The notes: generated by a model not told the origin, from the sequence alone. 64,000 bases of DNA from an uncultured virus (IMG/VR IMGVR_UViG_3300031951_000036) (IMGVR_UViG_3300031951_000036), one strand, 5' to 3'. Shown: positions 1 through 9,754, counted from the stretch's first letter. Made by a program: numbers and translations.

Positions 1-65
1 GGTTATGCACACTATGTATACAATTTATTTTGTAGACTATATATGCAGGTCTACAGATTGCGATT

Positions 66-73
66 TATATTTG
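66..73 (+). promoter_or_regulatory. Bacteroidota-type primary sigma promoter -7 element (TAnnTTTG) upstream of nrdJ
   Basis: TATATTTG at 66-73, 43 nt upstream of the nrdJ ATG. Only a weak -33 element (TATG at 42-45). Confidence 0.6.
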
Positions 74-116
74 CAGCCCTCTATACGAAAACACACTAAC
101 TCTTAATCCCAACCTT

Positions 117-2036
117 ATGGCAGAAACACCCATCAGCCCTGGGGACTTGTCGTCTCCAATACCCTGGGGCCCAGTAGGTTACGTTACCTACAAGCGCACC
201 TATTCGCGCCCAACAAAGAATGGAAAAACAGAAGAATGGCAGGACACCATTGAGCGTGTCATTACCGCCTGCAGAGATCAACTAAATGTAGGTTTTACTT
301 CTGCTGAAGAAGACAGGGTTCGTCACATGATGATGAACCTCAAAGGAACTGTGGCAGGACGTTTCCTGTGGCAGTTAGGTACAAAAACGGTAGACACCCT
401 TGGTCTGCCTTCATTACAGAACTGTGCGTTTGTTGTCGTGGACGCGCCTATCAGACCCTTTACCTGGACGTTTGAGATGCTGATGCTGGGCTCAGGTGTT
501 GGATTCAACATCCAGCGCGAGCACGTATACCAGATTCCCAAGGTTGTTGGTAAGGTGACCATTGAGCGCAAGGATGTGAACGACGCTGACTTCATCGTCC
601 CAGATTCCCGTGAGGGTTGGGTAGAGCTACTGCGTCGCGTGCTAGAAGCATCGTTTGTAACCGGTAAAGGATTCAGCTTTGCCACCCACCTCATTCGCTC
701 CAAAGGTTCACCCATCAAAGGTTTTGGCGGGGTAGCTTCTGGACCGGAAGACCTGGTCCATGGCATGCAGCAGATTAACAAACTGTTGAACGCCCGTGCC
801 GGTCAGCGTGTACGTCCCATTGACTGCCTAGACATCATGAACATCATTGGCAGCATCGTTGTGGCCGGTAATGTTAGACGCTCTGCGCAGATTGCCCTGG
901 GGGATTATGATGACTTTGAGTTCCTGCGCGCCAAGCGTTGGGATCTGGGTGGCATTCCCAACTGGAGAGCGATGAGCAATAACTCCGTGATCTGTGACGA
1001 TGTGACCAAGTTGCCAGAAGAGTTCTGGGAAGGGTACAAGGGTAACGGTGAGCCCTATGGACTCATCAACCTGGAAGCTGCCCGTCGTATGGGTAGAACC
1101 GGGGAGACCCACTATCCAGACCCAGATGTCATGGGATTCAATCCCTGTGCAGAACAATCCCTGGCCAACTTTGAGACCTGCTGTCTGGCAGAGATTTACC
1201 TGCCTAATATCACCAGCCTGAGTGAATTGATCGATGTAGCTACATTGCTGTATCGCATCAACAAGCACTCTCTGGCCATCAAGTGTGTAGTCCAAGAGAC
1301 AGAAGACATCGTCCACCAGAACATGCGCATGGGTATTGGAGTGACCGGGTATCTGCAAGCTACTGAAGAACAGAAGTCTTGGTTATCCAGCTGCTACCAT
1401 TACCTAAGGGGTTATGACAAGGAGTACAGTCTTTACCACGAGTTTAACCCGTCTATCAAACTGACTACTGTCAAGCCTTCAGGTACCTTGAGTTTGCTGG
1501 CCGGAGTCACGTCTGGTGCTCACCCAGGATACTCCCAGTACTACATCCGTCGCATCCGCATGGCTTCTGACAGCCCGATTGTGGACACTTGTCGCAGCCA
1601 CGGTTATCACGTGGAGTACCAGCGCAAGTTTGACGGTACAGAAGATCATGGAACAGTGGTGGTGTCATTCCCTTGTAAGTTTCCTGAAGGAACCATGCTG
1701 GCAAATGACATGACCGCCATTGACCAACTTGAAGTCATCAAGCGTTTGCAGGCCGAGTGGTCTGACAACGCAGTATCTGTGACCATCTACTACCGCAAGC
1801 ATGAGCTGGATGATATCCGCAAATGGCTTGCTGACAACTATGTGAATGTAAAGAGTGTATCCTTCCTGTTGCACAACGAGCATGGGTTTGACCAGGCTCC
1901 GCTGGAGGAGATCACAAAAGAAAAGTACAACGAGCTTTCTGCAGGTGTAAAAACCATCTCCAGCTTTGATGAGACCATCAACCTGAATGATTTAGACATC
2001 TCAGATTGTGACAGCGGTGCTTGCCCAGTAAGATAA
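117..2036 (+). CDS. nrdJ: Class II (adenosylcobalamin-dependent) ribonucleotide reductase, monomeric RTPR type
   Basis: YKRTYSR, GRFLW, LQNC, LMLGSGVG, VVAGNVRRSA, active-site NPCAE, ETCCLAE, TTVKPSGT, and a C-terminal redox pair CDSGAC. Confidence 0.95.
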   Translation: MAETPISPGDLSSPIPWGPVGYVTYKRTYSRPTKNGKTEEWQDTIERVITACRDQLNVGFTSAEEDRVRHMMMNLKGTVAGRFLWQLGTKTVDTLGLPSLQNCAFVVVDAPIRPFTWTFEMLMLGSGVGFNIQREHVYQIPKVVGKVTIERKDVNDADFIVPDSREGWVELLRRVLEASFVTGKGFSFATHLIRSKGSPIKGFGGVASGPEDLVHGMQQINKLLNARAGQRVRPIDCLDIMNIIGSIVVAGNVRRSAQIALGDYDDFEFLRAKRWDLGGIPNWRAMSNNSVICDDVTKLPEEFWEGYKGNGEPYGLINLEAARRMGRTGETHYPDPDVMGFNPCAEQSLANFETCCLAEIYLPNITSLSELIDVATLLYRINKHSLAIKCVVQETEDIVHQNMRMGIGVTGYLQATEEQKSWLSSCYHYLRGYDKEYSLYHEFNPSIKLTTVKPSGTLSLLAGVTSGAHPGYSQYYIRRIRMASDSPIVDTCRSHGYHVEYQRKFDGTEDHGTVVVSFPCKFPEGTMLANDMTAIDQLEVIKRLQAEWSDNAVSVTIYYRKHELDDIRKWLADNYVNVKSVSFLLHNEHGFDQAPLEEITKEKYNELSAGVKTISSFDETINLNDLDISDCDSGACPVR

Positions 2037-2042
2037 CAATGT

Positions 2043-2086
2043 GTCATAAAAAGGGACAAGACGCACGGTTTTGTCCCTTTTATGAC
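2043..2086 (+). terminator. Long stem-loop after nrdJ (intrinsic terminator or processing site)
   Basis: GTCATAAAAAGGGACAAGAC-GCACG-GTTTTGTCCCTTTTATGAC: about 19-bp imperfect inverted repeat; core GGGACAA/TTGTCCC followed by TTTTAT. Confidence 0.7.
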
Positions 2087-2102
2087 CAGTTAAACCAACA
2101 TT

Positions 2103-2726
2103 ATGAAAGAACTGTATGATTACCTGGTACAGCAGAAGATCACCCCCAACGGGTTGTTTATCCTGCATGCCACATATCAAAACTATATGTACACCAACTA
2201 TGTGAACTTTAAGCACGAGCAGTATCGCCTGGCGCTGACCGGTCACCTGGTGGAAGACAAATCCGGGGGTCTCAACCCCGTGTACAAAATCACTGACAAA
2301 GGTTTACACGTTATCCGTGAAGCAGAGCAGTTGATGACAAAACTCAAGCGTGCAAAGCGCACCGAGCTACCCTTTGCTGAATGGGAGAAATACATTGTAG
2401 AATACAATGACATGTTTCCTAAAGGTAAGAAGCTGGGATCCAGCGTCACTTTCAGAACCAACCCCAAGGAATTGTTTGAAAGGTTCAAATGGTTTTTCAA
2501 AGAGTACCCTGAGTATACCTGGGAGGATGTCATTGCAGCTACTGCACAATACATCAAGGTTCATGAAGAAGCAAACGATTTCACGTACATGCAAACCAGT
2601 AAGTACTTTGTGAAAAAAGAAGACAAAAGCAAGACCACGACCTCGTCGCTGGCCAATATGATTTACAACATCAAGAGTGGTAACACCGATGATGTTGACT
2701 CAGGATTCCATTACTTTGGACCTTGA
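2103..2726 (+). CDS. Hypothetical phage protein, possible N-terminal winged-helix DNA-binding domain
   Basis: 207-aa ORF co-oriented with nrdJ. YKITDKG resembles the wing of a wHTH; function not established. Confidence 0.7.
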   Translation: MKELYDYLVQQKITPNGLFILHATYQNYMYTNYVNFKHEQYRLALTGHLVEDKSGGLNPVYKITDKGLHVIREAEQLMTKLKRAKRTELPFAEWEKYIVEYNDMFPKGKKLGSSVTFRTNPKELFERFKWFFKEYPEYTWEDVIAATAQYIKVHEEANDFTYMQTSKYFVKKEDKSKTTTSSLANMIYNIKSGNTDDVDSGFHYFGP

Positions 2727-2760
2727 GAAAGACACAGACAGCTCATGTCTGTTTTAGGTT

Positions 2761-2800
2761 AAAAGCAACGGGGAGGTGTGTGAGCCTCCCCTTGTTTTTT
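2761..2800. terminator. Bidirectional intrinsic terminator between the convergent genome arms
   Basis: AAAAGCAAC-GGGGAGG-TGTGTGAG-CCTCCCC-TTGTTTTTT, with an A-tract before and a T-tract after, between the last + gene and the last - gene. Confidence 0.85.
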
Positions 2801-3212
2801 ATAAACCCAGCAGCTTGAAGAAAACAGGGTAAAAACTTTCTGTCTCAACTGCACTGAAATCCTCAATATTAAATACAGGATGTTCAATTTCCTCTTCTAC
2901 TTTGAGGAGTTCATTTACTGCATTACGCAATGCAACATAATTCTCATTGACCTGACCGTCAATAGTATCAGGTACACTGATGGTACCTTTTTCATCTGCC
3001 ACACCCAGCTCTTTGATCTTTTCATTGCGCACAGATTCAAAATTGGTCTTGTGCTCACCTGTAATCTTAGCCAGTTTGGTCAGGTAGAACTTGGTTGTTA
3101 AAGAAAGTTTCTGAGAAAGCAGACCTGCTTGAGCGGGGAACTCAGAACCGGTCAGCTCACCATGCAAAGCCCATAGCTCTGCTACAGTTAGTTTGGTTTT
3201 GGTTGTTTCCAT
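2799..3212 (-). CDS. Hypothetical helical protein at the end of the tail-fibre operon (possible assembly chaperone)
   Basis: 137-aa ORF in operon context, start context CCTATG. Confidence 0.75.
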   Translation of the reverse strand: METTKTKLTVAELWALHGELTGSEFPAQAGLLSQKLSLTTKFYLTKLAKITGEHKTNFESVRNEKIKELGVADEKGTISVPDTIDGQVNENYVALRNAVNELLKVEEEIEHPVFNIEDFSAVETESFYPVFFKLLGL

Positions 3213-3217
3213 AGGTG

Positions 3218-3355
3218 TTATCCTTGTCCTTTATATAGCTTCTTGTAATTCTTGCTGGTCTTGATGACTGAAGTCTTACTTTTAGCATGCACGCCTGGAC
3301 GTTTACGACGTGGTTTGGGTGCAAAGGTATTAGAAGATTGTTTTGCTTTGGCCAT
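3218..3355 (-). CDS. Small very basic 45-aa protein, not in the ORF track: MAKAKQSSNTFAPKPRRKRPGVHAKSKTSVIKTSKNYKKLYKGQG
   Basis: Fills the gap between neighbours exactly. The ATG overlaps the upstream stop (TAATG at 3353-3357), and the TAA lies 5 nt before the next ATG. 14 K/R, no D/E. Confidence 0.8.
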   Translation of the reverse strand: MAKAKQSSNTFAPKPRRKRPGVHAKSKTSVIKTSKNYKKLYKGQG

Positions 3356-4668
3356 TAGTCAAAAGAAATATAGACGTTAGTATTGTTTTGGTTAAAAATA
3401 TCAGCTACTGGCAGCATGTCCTGTAAGTCTGCGGGCTCTGGATTAGTACTGTCATAAGTAAAGTTACCATAGTCAATGATGTTCTTGTCAGGGAATGACG
3501 ACCCAATAGGTACAAGCTTCAACTTGTACTTGACAGGAGAAGTTCCTGCAAACAATGGTGTCATGATACGGTTCAATGTTGTACTTCCTGCAAGAGTAAT
3601 GTGCGATGTTCTGGAGTTGGCATAAGTGGTCTGGCCTGCACGATTACCTGGGTCTTTTGAATAGCAGGAAATCAGTGAGTTGGACTCGCCTCCCGTGATC
3701 AGGTAGCTGGTACCTTTGAAGAAGTTGATGTTGTCAGAACCAATGTCATTGATTGCTACAGCACCCCCGGTACTTTGCAGGGTCAATCCCAAATTGTTAG
3801 GCAAGATGTTGCTGTTGATAGTAGAAGCCTCAGCACCACAAGATGTCAGATTGATTCCCCTTGAGCTTCTCAGCCAGTATCCGACTGAACAGTTGTCTGC
3901 TGCACAGGTTGTCAGTGCACTGTATGTAGCTCCTTCCAGGCAAAATCCCGCCAGGTCTGTAGACAAAGCATAGCAGGTGTCCAAGTGAACACTGGTTGAG
4001 CTACCTGTGATGTAGTAACCATGACCTGCCGTGTTTCTGACACGACACTGTACCAGCCTGGAAGTGATAGCTCCATAGATCATGATGCCATGATGCTTTG
4101 CTGAATCCACATGGACATTCTTGATGAGGATGTTTGAAATGTTAGAACCAGCTTGGTTTGGATTTCCTTCTGCTATTACTATACCGCCAGCACCTGAGTA
4201 TGTATAGTTCACTGTGCCGGATAAAGATGTGTAAGTAGACTTGACACCTTGAAAATCTATATTCTCAATAGTCAGTCCATTAGCTGAAGTCGTGACTGCA
4301 GATGTAGGATTAGCAGCATAAATGTGATAGCCTCTTCCTGCAGGCATCACAAATTTGGTTGCTGTTTCCCCACTGTTGGTAGTGTTGGAGCGGCTGACTC
4401 CAATGAACTTTACATTGGGAGCCTGTACATTGAACATGTTCAGGTTGCCAGAAGCAGTAAATGTGAGGGTGATGTTCCCCAGCAAAATGGTAACACTGCG
4501 GGTCACAGTGATGTTTTGAGTCATGGTTATAGAACCAGTGTAACCTGTGCAGTCTATCACCGTTCCATTGACAGCCGTTGCGACTGCATTTTTAAGCTTA
4601 GACACAAACGTGCTGTTGGATACCACAGCAGCCCCAGGTCCAAATGTTTCTAATCTAATTGTGGCCAT
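3355..4668 (-). CDS. Tail spike / right-handed parallel beta-helix (pectate-lyase-like) protein
   Basis: Repeating beta-helix strands (NGLTIENIDFQG, NILIKNVHVD..HGIMIYG, CRVRNTAGHGYYI, GFCLEG, GYWLRSS); lies in the fibre cluster. Confidence 0.75.
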   Translation of the reverse strand: MATIRLETFGPGAAVVSNSTFVSKLKNAVATAVNGTVIDCTGYTGSITMTQNITVTRSVTILLGNITLTFTASGNLNMFNVQAPNVKFIGVSRSNTTNSGETATKFVMPAGRGYHIYAANPTSAVTTSANGLTIENIDFQGVKSTYTSLSGTVNYTYSGAGGIVIAEGNPNQAGSNISNILIKNVHVDSAKHHGIMIYGAITSRLVQCRVRNTAGHGYYITGSSTSVHLDTCYALSTDLAGFCLEGATYSALTTCAADNCSVGYWLRSSRGINLTSCGAEASTINSNILPNNLGLTLQSTGGAVAINDIGSDNINFFKGTSYLITGGESNSLISCYSKDPGNRAGQTTYANSRTSHITLAGSTTLNRIMTPLFAGTSPVKYKLKLVPIGSSFPDKNIIDYGNFTYDSTNPEPADLQDMLPVADIFNQNNTNVYISFD

Positions 4669-4670
4669 AG

Positions 4671-4943
4671 TTATGTAAGAGTTAAGTTTAGTTGAGTGGC
4701 AGCCCAGGTAAAAGCCCCTGGGGTGGCATTGGCTGACGTATTCCAGGTAGTATATGCAGCACTAGTTAACACCAGATTTCCATTGGTAATCACTGCGTCG
4801 TTTGTGTCAAGCATTTCATAGTAGAATGTAGCCTGGCTGTACAGGTCATCTGCTATGACCCGTAGAAGTAGTTGTGTTGCTGTTTGATTTGTACCGTCTT
4901 TCCAAATTGTCACTGGAGAGATGCTGTTGATCATGTCATTCAT
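4671..4943 (-). CDS. Small tail-fibre-associated protein
   Basis: 90-aa ORF tightly packed between neighbours. The ISPVTIW...ATFYYE...GNL...Y..W pattern is typical of small proteins next to Bacteroidota phage fibres. Confidence 0.7.
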   Translation of the reverse strand: MNDMINSISPVTIWKDGTNQTATQLLLRVIADDLYSQATFYYEMLDTNDAVITNGNLVLTSAAYTTWNTSANATPGAFTWAATQLNLTLT

Positions 4944-5177
4944 TTAAGCTTGTAAAGAATATTGTTTAAACTTATAGTGCTCATGTGCGGGCAAGTCTAC
5001 CAAAGGCAGGTGCTTGACCCATAAAAACTCAAATGCATTGGTGTTTACCACGTCATCCTCAACTAAATAATACTCCATGCTTACGTCATCCTGAAAAGGG
5101 CAAAACAGTGAGTACTCAGTATTGTGCTGGTCCTTTACCAGGTTGTACTGGTCTTGACTGATGTATGCAATCCTCAT
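4944..5177 (-). CDS. Small hypothetical protein
   Basis: 77 aa. TAATG overlap with the upstream gene; stop directly abuts the next ATG. Confidence 0.7.
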   Translation of the reverse strand: MRIAYISQDQYNLVKDQHNTEYSLFCPFQDDVSMEYYLVEDDVVNTNAFEFLWVKHLPLVDLPAHEHYKFKQYSLQA

Positions 5178-6787
5178 TACTGTCTGTTTAGTATGGTTAC
5201 ATAGTTTACCACTATGGTATTCATCTCAGCAATTTGAGCAGCTGAAAAATTAGCATTATTCAAGTGATATACTATAGAGTGGGTTCTCTGTGATGAAGCA
5301 CTTATGTTTCCTCCAAATACACCTATTGTACCTGATGTGTTGGATGTACCATTGTTACCACTTAAAAGAAGTGAACCGTTTTTATAAAGCTGATGTGTTG
5401 TACCTGCCGTACCTCCAGTACTTGACAAAATGTAGGAACCAATTGCATTAGCATTGGTGGCAAGAGTTGGCCCTCCTGTTATGGCACCTATGTTGACACC
5501 TGCTTGGTTACTTGTATTCCTAACAAAAATTAAAAATCTATTTGCCCCTGTATGAGCTATCTCAACTCCACTTGATTGAATATCTTCTGATATGTAAAAA
5601 CCATAAGTAACCGCTGTATTCCAGCTAAAGTTATTTACCAATGTCATAAAGGAAGCTAAAGCAGTAGGATCCAAACCTGTAGTTGGTGTAAAGTTAAAAG
5701 TCCCTGAAGAGGTTGCAGTACTTGCACCTAATGATTTTAATTCTCGCAATCTGGCAGCAAGGGTGTTTCCAATCAAAGGGTAAATCCCTGTCAAATTCCC
5801 CCAAAGGCCTGTGGTGCTGTTTTGTAAAGCTGTAACTAAATAGTTAAGTGCATCTAGTTCAAGCGTTGTAAAAGTACCAATTGCTGGTACTTGGATGTTA
5901 GACACATACCTGTTGACAATCCTGTCATAAGCTGGATTGATGTAGTAGTTCGTACCTCTTGTGCTACTGAAAGATGTGTCCAAAGTATCATTGAACTTTT
6001 GAAATATAGCATTAAGAGTAACAAGCTCCGTTTCTGTCATAGCTTTGCCTACATACCATATAGAGTATGACATGGCATTAGCTACTGATGTATTTGACAA
6101 CTGACCACCTATTTGTGTTGCTCCTAAGTTTGAACCCTTACCAATAGTTGTGGTAACTGTAAATTGGTTGGCAAATGTAAAAGCTGTTGTAGTACTCTCG
6201 CTAGACACCGCCATAAATCTTGCATTGCTAGAATTACCTAATCCTACTGATGTCGTAGTACCTGCCAAACGCAGTGTAGAAGTTAAACCTCCATCAGCTC
6301 TAAATAGTAAATATGTACTAGGTGATGTAAAGTTATCTGTTGCAAACCCATAATTTCCCAATGCTCCTGTAGCACCTCCTGATGGAGCTCTTCCATATAA
6401 ACCAAACGAAAAATCATTTGGGTTACTTAACAACGACATGTTAAATGCTGTAAAAAAGTTTGCATTCTGACTTGATGTTCCAGTTACCCCGTTAGCATCA
6501 TGTATAACGCTTCCTGTAAAAGTCAAAGTATACTGCGTAGGGTCTTTAAGATTTAATACATGTGCAGCAGCAGTACCTCCCACAAATGGGTATAGAACGT
6601 CTATTTTACTCCATAGATTTTGATTAACAAGATCATTGTACAGGTCGTTTATTGCTTGAATATGAACCACATTTGTGATTCCTCCAAGTCCAATAAACGC
6701 GTCTACAGTAGGCGCAGCGTTGCCGGAAGTACCTCTTTGGTTATTGGTGACGGTAGCCTGTCTTCTATCTGGTGTTGAATGCATCAT
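5177..6787 (-). CDS. Tail fibre / receptor-binding protein with two tandem lectin-like (ConA/LamG-like) units
   Basis: Two related units begin AINDLYNDLVNQNLWSKIDVLYPFVGG and ALNYLVTALQNSTTGLWGNLTGIYPLIGN. Start moved to the ATG at 6787 (CCTATG, 4 nt after the upstream stop) instead of the track's 6820. Confidence 0.7.
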   Translation of the reverse strand: MMHSTPDRRQATVTNNQRGTSGNAAPTVDAFIGLGGITNVVHIQAINDLYNDLVNQNLWSKIDVLYPFVGGTAAAHVLNLKDPTQYTLTFTGSVIHDANGVTGTSSQNANFFTAFNMSLLSNPNDFSFGLYGRAPSGGATGALGNYGFATDNFTSPSTYLLFRADGGLTSTLRLAGTTTSVGLGNSSNARFMAVSSESTTTAFTFANQFTVTTTIGKGSNLGATQIGGQLSNTSVANAMSYSIWYVGKAMTETELVTLNAIFQKFNDTLDTSFSSTRGTNYYINPAYDRIVNRYVSNIQVPAIGTFTTLELDALNYLVTALQNSTTGLWGNLTGIYPLIGNTLAARLRELKSLGASTATSSGTFNFTPTTGLDPTALASFMTLVNNFSWNTAVTYGFYISEDIQSSGVEIAHTGANRFLIFVRNTSNQAGVNIGAITGGPTLATNANAIGSYILSSTGGTAGTTHQLYKNGSLLLSGNNGTSNTSGTIGVFGGNISASSQRTHSIVYHLNNANFSAAQIAEMNTIVVNYVTILNRQ

Positions 6788-6791
6788 AGGC

Positions 6792-7235
6792 TTATCCTGT
6801 AAAATCTCTTTTGAATACACCCACTGTTACTGAACCTCCTGACGAAGGAGTGGTGTTAAGCTTGAAATAAAGTTTGACACCTGAAGGAACAGGTAGATAA
6901 TAATTTTGATCCCTGTCCAGCAAACGCACAGTGATCTGGTTTCCGTCAGACGCCTGCATGAGTCGCAATGGGTTTGCCGTGCTAGTTCCCTGACCTATCA
7001 AAATAGCGTTACCTGGACTGATCAGTCTTTTCAAAGGAAGTTTTATACCTCCTGCACTTTCTAAATACAACTCTGCATCCAGCGCATTGGGTGCCGTACT
7101 GGTCACCACAATATCATACACCCAAGTGTCATCAGCATCGCCTGTCAGAAGCAAGACGGCTGTCTGGTTAGATATAGGATTTGAAAACACCCAACTCTGG
7201 GTGCTAAGAAAATAAGCTGCTTGGTTTTTTGCCAT
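6792..7235 (-). CDS. Hypothetical beta-rich virion protein
   Basis: 147-aa ORF in the fibre operon. Confidence 0.7.
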   Translation of the reverse strand: MAKNQAAYFLSTQSWVFSNPISNQTAVLLLTGDADDTWVYDIVVTSTAPNALDAELYLESAGGIKLPLKRLISPGNAILIGQGTSTANPLRLMQASDGNQITVRLLDRDQNYYLPVPSGVKLYFKLNTTPSSGGSVTVGVFKRDFTG

Positions 7236-7246
7236 AGTGTTTTATG

Positions 7247-9718
7247 TTAGCCTGCCATTGCGCCCATCAGCTGGTACGCTACAGGTATAGGTTGTGTAGT
7301 TAATTTTCCGGTTGTGTCAGCTACTACCATGCGACTAGATGCTCCAGCAAGATTGAGAACAGTCATTTCACCAGACTGTGCAAGTGCTAAAATATTTTGA
7401 CTTGATGAGTTCTTCCACAAAAATCCTTGAGTAGCTGCAGCATACGCATCAAACTGAAAAAACAATCCAAAGTGAATAGCCCCTTGCAGAACACTCTGTG
7501 CGTATCCTTGTATTACTGTAGTCCCTTGGTTGGAATCAATCTTGGTTATGTAAGAGTAGAAAGTTTTTTCTCCTGCAAATGTCTGCGTGCCTGTTGTCAC
7601 AACACCTCGCGCAGTTAATGATGCACTAGGAATGTTTAAAGTAAATGAGCCAGATGTTGTAATAGGTGAACCAGTGACACCGATGTCGTTACCTGCAGAT
7701 CCAGTAGTTAATCCTACTGATTCTACAGTACCTGTGTTGCCAGTAGGTATGTTCTGTGTACTGAGAAGACCGTTGGCATCTGCCACTACCATGCGGGTAC
7801 CTGAGCCAGAAAGATTTCCCAGTTGTACCTGACCCGCTTCAGCAAGGATAGCATAATGCTGTGTTCCTAATCCTGCATAATTCGTAGGGCTGTAGTAAAG
7901 TCCTATAAATTTTACACCGGCATCTGGTGTACTGTTGTAGTTAAACGTAGGTTTTATTGATACCCAGCCGTTGTTGACGTTTGTGTTACCTCCTGCCACA
8001 AACATGGTACCGCCCGCATAAATCCAGTCCAGTGTTAAAGGACCTCTGGAGTTTGCAGGTATAAAGTTGTATCCTCTGTTGGTGTAGAAATAGTAAGACT
8101 GGGCATAGTTGTCAAACATGTAAAATGTTCCGGCAGTGTACATTGCTCCATTCTTCACACCAAATACATTTGTATTGCTGTTGCCACCTGTAGTTGCCAG
8201 CAATGACCAGCTAGTGTTAACACCTGCATAATCAGAGAGCAGTGCGCCATCTATAACACGGGCTGTTCCGTTGACGTCTAGTTTATAACCAGCATCTGTT
8301 GTGGTGCCAACCAACAGGTTTCCACCTAGAGCATTCAGGAGATTATTGCCATAGTCTGTACGCAATGCTGTGTTTGTTGCCCCATACTGAGCGTTAAAAT
8401 ATCCTGCAATATTATTTGTAGCAGCGTTATTTTGCTGAGCTTGTGCTGTTATAGTATATGAGTCACCTGTAACTCCTGGATTCTGAACATACAAACCTAT
8501 ACCAGGCCCTGCATAAGATGGTCGAATGTCCACAAATGCAACGGGTGTATCAGTATGCCCAATGCGTACTGTATTTGTTGTACCTAATCCAGTTACCAGT
8601 AAAACATTACCATTGATTTCAACACCATTTTGCGTCTTATTACCTCTTGAAGTAACAGCATCTAAAGTATCTTCTTCAGAAAGTAAATATCCTGCCAACG
8701 CATGATTTCCCCAACCATAAGCCTCATTCCAATATGAAACGTCTGCACTTGTTATAGAAGCTGCAACGCTTGCTGCAAATACAGGATCAGTCTCTGTATA
8801 ACCTGTTATGTATCCAGCGTCATTGGTAAACTGACTGAGCAGCGTAGGTTTGTTCAGGATTTGTGCTTCTCCCGTAGTAGCATTCCAGTCTGATAGAATT
8901 TGACGTACGCGATAACCTAATCCTACATAGTTCCAATAAGAGTTATTTCCACCAACATTAGGCGTCACCCCATCGTTTGTTGCAACACATAAGTACACTC
9001 CGTTTTGGTAGTATATCAAGTCTCCTTGCTCATATTGTGTACCATAACCGCTGAAGTGGTATGAATCTAATTCTGTAGCTGATAGCGCAGAAGGACCTGC
9101 GTTTTCTAAAGAAGTCACCCGTGTATCTAAACTAAGAGTGTCACCTTCAACTTGTATAAGCCTTGTATCTAAGGCCATAATCTCACCTACCTGAGCATCA
9201 ATCTGATTCTGCAGACCAATGGTAGTTTGCTCTATAGATTGAACAAAAGGACCAAGTTCTGCAAGTTCATCTGTAATAAGGTCTATTGAAAGTGAGTGCC
9301 CCTGAACTGTAAGCTCTAAAGTATTGAGGTCATCTTGAATATCTATGATAACCTCACAGTTTAATAACTCAGTACAGTCAATACCTCCACCACCTGTCGT
9401 CTCAATGATTAGTTGACCATTGTCATACCCACCTATACCTGTTACATCACCCGTCAATCTAATGTTAGACAAGGTCTTTTGTATTTTCTCTATAGCACTA
9501 AGGACAGTATCTTGTGGGGTAACAGGTTCAGCAGTAATGCTTTGACTAAAGTTGTCCAGCGGACGTCTCAGCACTAAATCTGTTTGTGTGCCATTAGGCT
9601 GCATAGAAGTCAGCCATCCTTCTTTGATAAACAGCAATACATAACCTGCATCCGCTGTGCTGGACGGAGTTCCCTGAAAATCAGGCACTTCAAAGGGTAC
9701 AAGAAACTTAGATGGCAT
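7247..9718 (-). CDS. Tail fibre protein
   Basis: Coiled coil, a CBM-like YEQGDLIYYQNGVYLC, and Bacteroidota-phage fibre motifs: SDWNATTGEAQILNKP, YTETDPVF, YGWGNHALAGYL, NLLVGTTTDAGYKLDVNGT, and RMVVAD twice. Confidence 0.8.
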   Translation of the reverse strand: MPSKFLVPFEVPDFQGTPSSTADAGYVLLFIKEGWLTSMQPNGTQTDLVLRRPLDNFSQSITAEPVTPQDTVLSAIEKIQKTLSNIRLTGDVTGIGGYDNGQLIIETTGGGGIDCTELLNCEVIIDIQDDLNTLELTVQGHSLSIDLITDELAELGPFVQSIEQTTIGLQNQIDAQVGEIMALDTRLIQVEGDTLSLDTRVTSLENAGPSALSATELDSYHFSGYGTQYEQGDLIYYQNGVYLCVATNDGVTPNVGGNNSYWNYVGLGYRVRQILSDWNATTGEAQILNKPTLLSQFTNDAGYITGYTETDPVFAASVAASITSADVSYWNEAYGWGNHALAGYLLSEEDTLDAVTSRGNKTQNGVEINGNVLLVTGLGTTNTVRIGHTDTPVAFVDIRPSYAGPGIGLYVQNPGVTGDSYTITAQAQQNNAATNNIAGYFNAQYGATNTALRTDYGNNLLNALGGNLLVGTTTDAGYKLDVNGTARVIDGALLSDYAGVNTSWSLLATTGGNSNTNVFGVKNGAMYTAGTFYMFDNYAQSYYFYTNRGYNFIPANSRGPLTLDWIYAGGTMFVAGGNTNVNNGWVSIKPTFNYNSTPDAGVKFIGLYYSPTNYAGLGTQHYAILAEAGQVQLGNLSGSGTRMVVADANGLLSTQNIPTGNTGTVESVGLTTGSAGNDIGVTGSPITTSGSFTLNIPSASLTARGVVTTGTQTFAGEKTFYSYITKIDSNQGTTVIQGYAQSVLQGAIHFGLFFQFDAYAAATQGFLWKNSSSQNILALAQSGEMTVLNLAGASSRMVVADTTGKLTTQPIPVAYQLMGAMAG

Positions 9719-9729
9719 AGGGTAGCATA

Positions 9730-9754
9730 GGAAGGAGACAACGAGTCCCCCTCC
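9730..9754 (-). promoter_or_regulatory. Leader hairpin upstream of the tail-fibre gene
   Basis: Minus strand GGAGGGGGAC-TCGTT-GTCTCCTTCC: 10-bp stem with 2 G-U pairs and no U-tract, ending 11 nt before the ATG. Confidence 0.5.

Noticed and set aside
3355..9718. Diversity-generating retroelement or invertible fibre cassette
   Set aside because: No reverse transcriptase, recombinase or near-identical template/variable repeat pair seen in this window.
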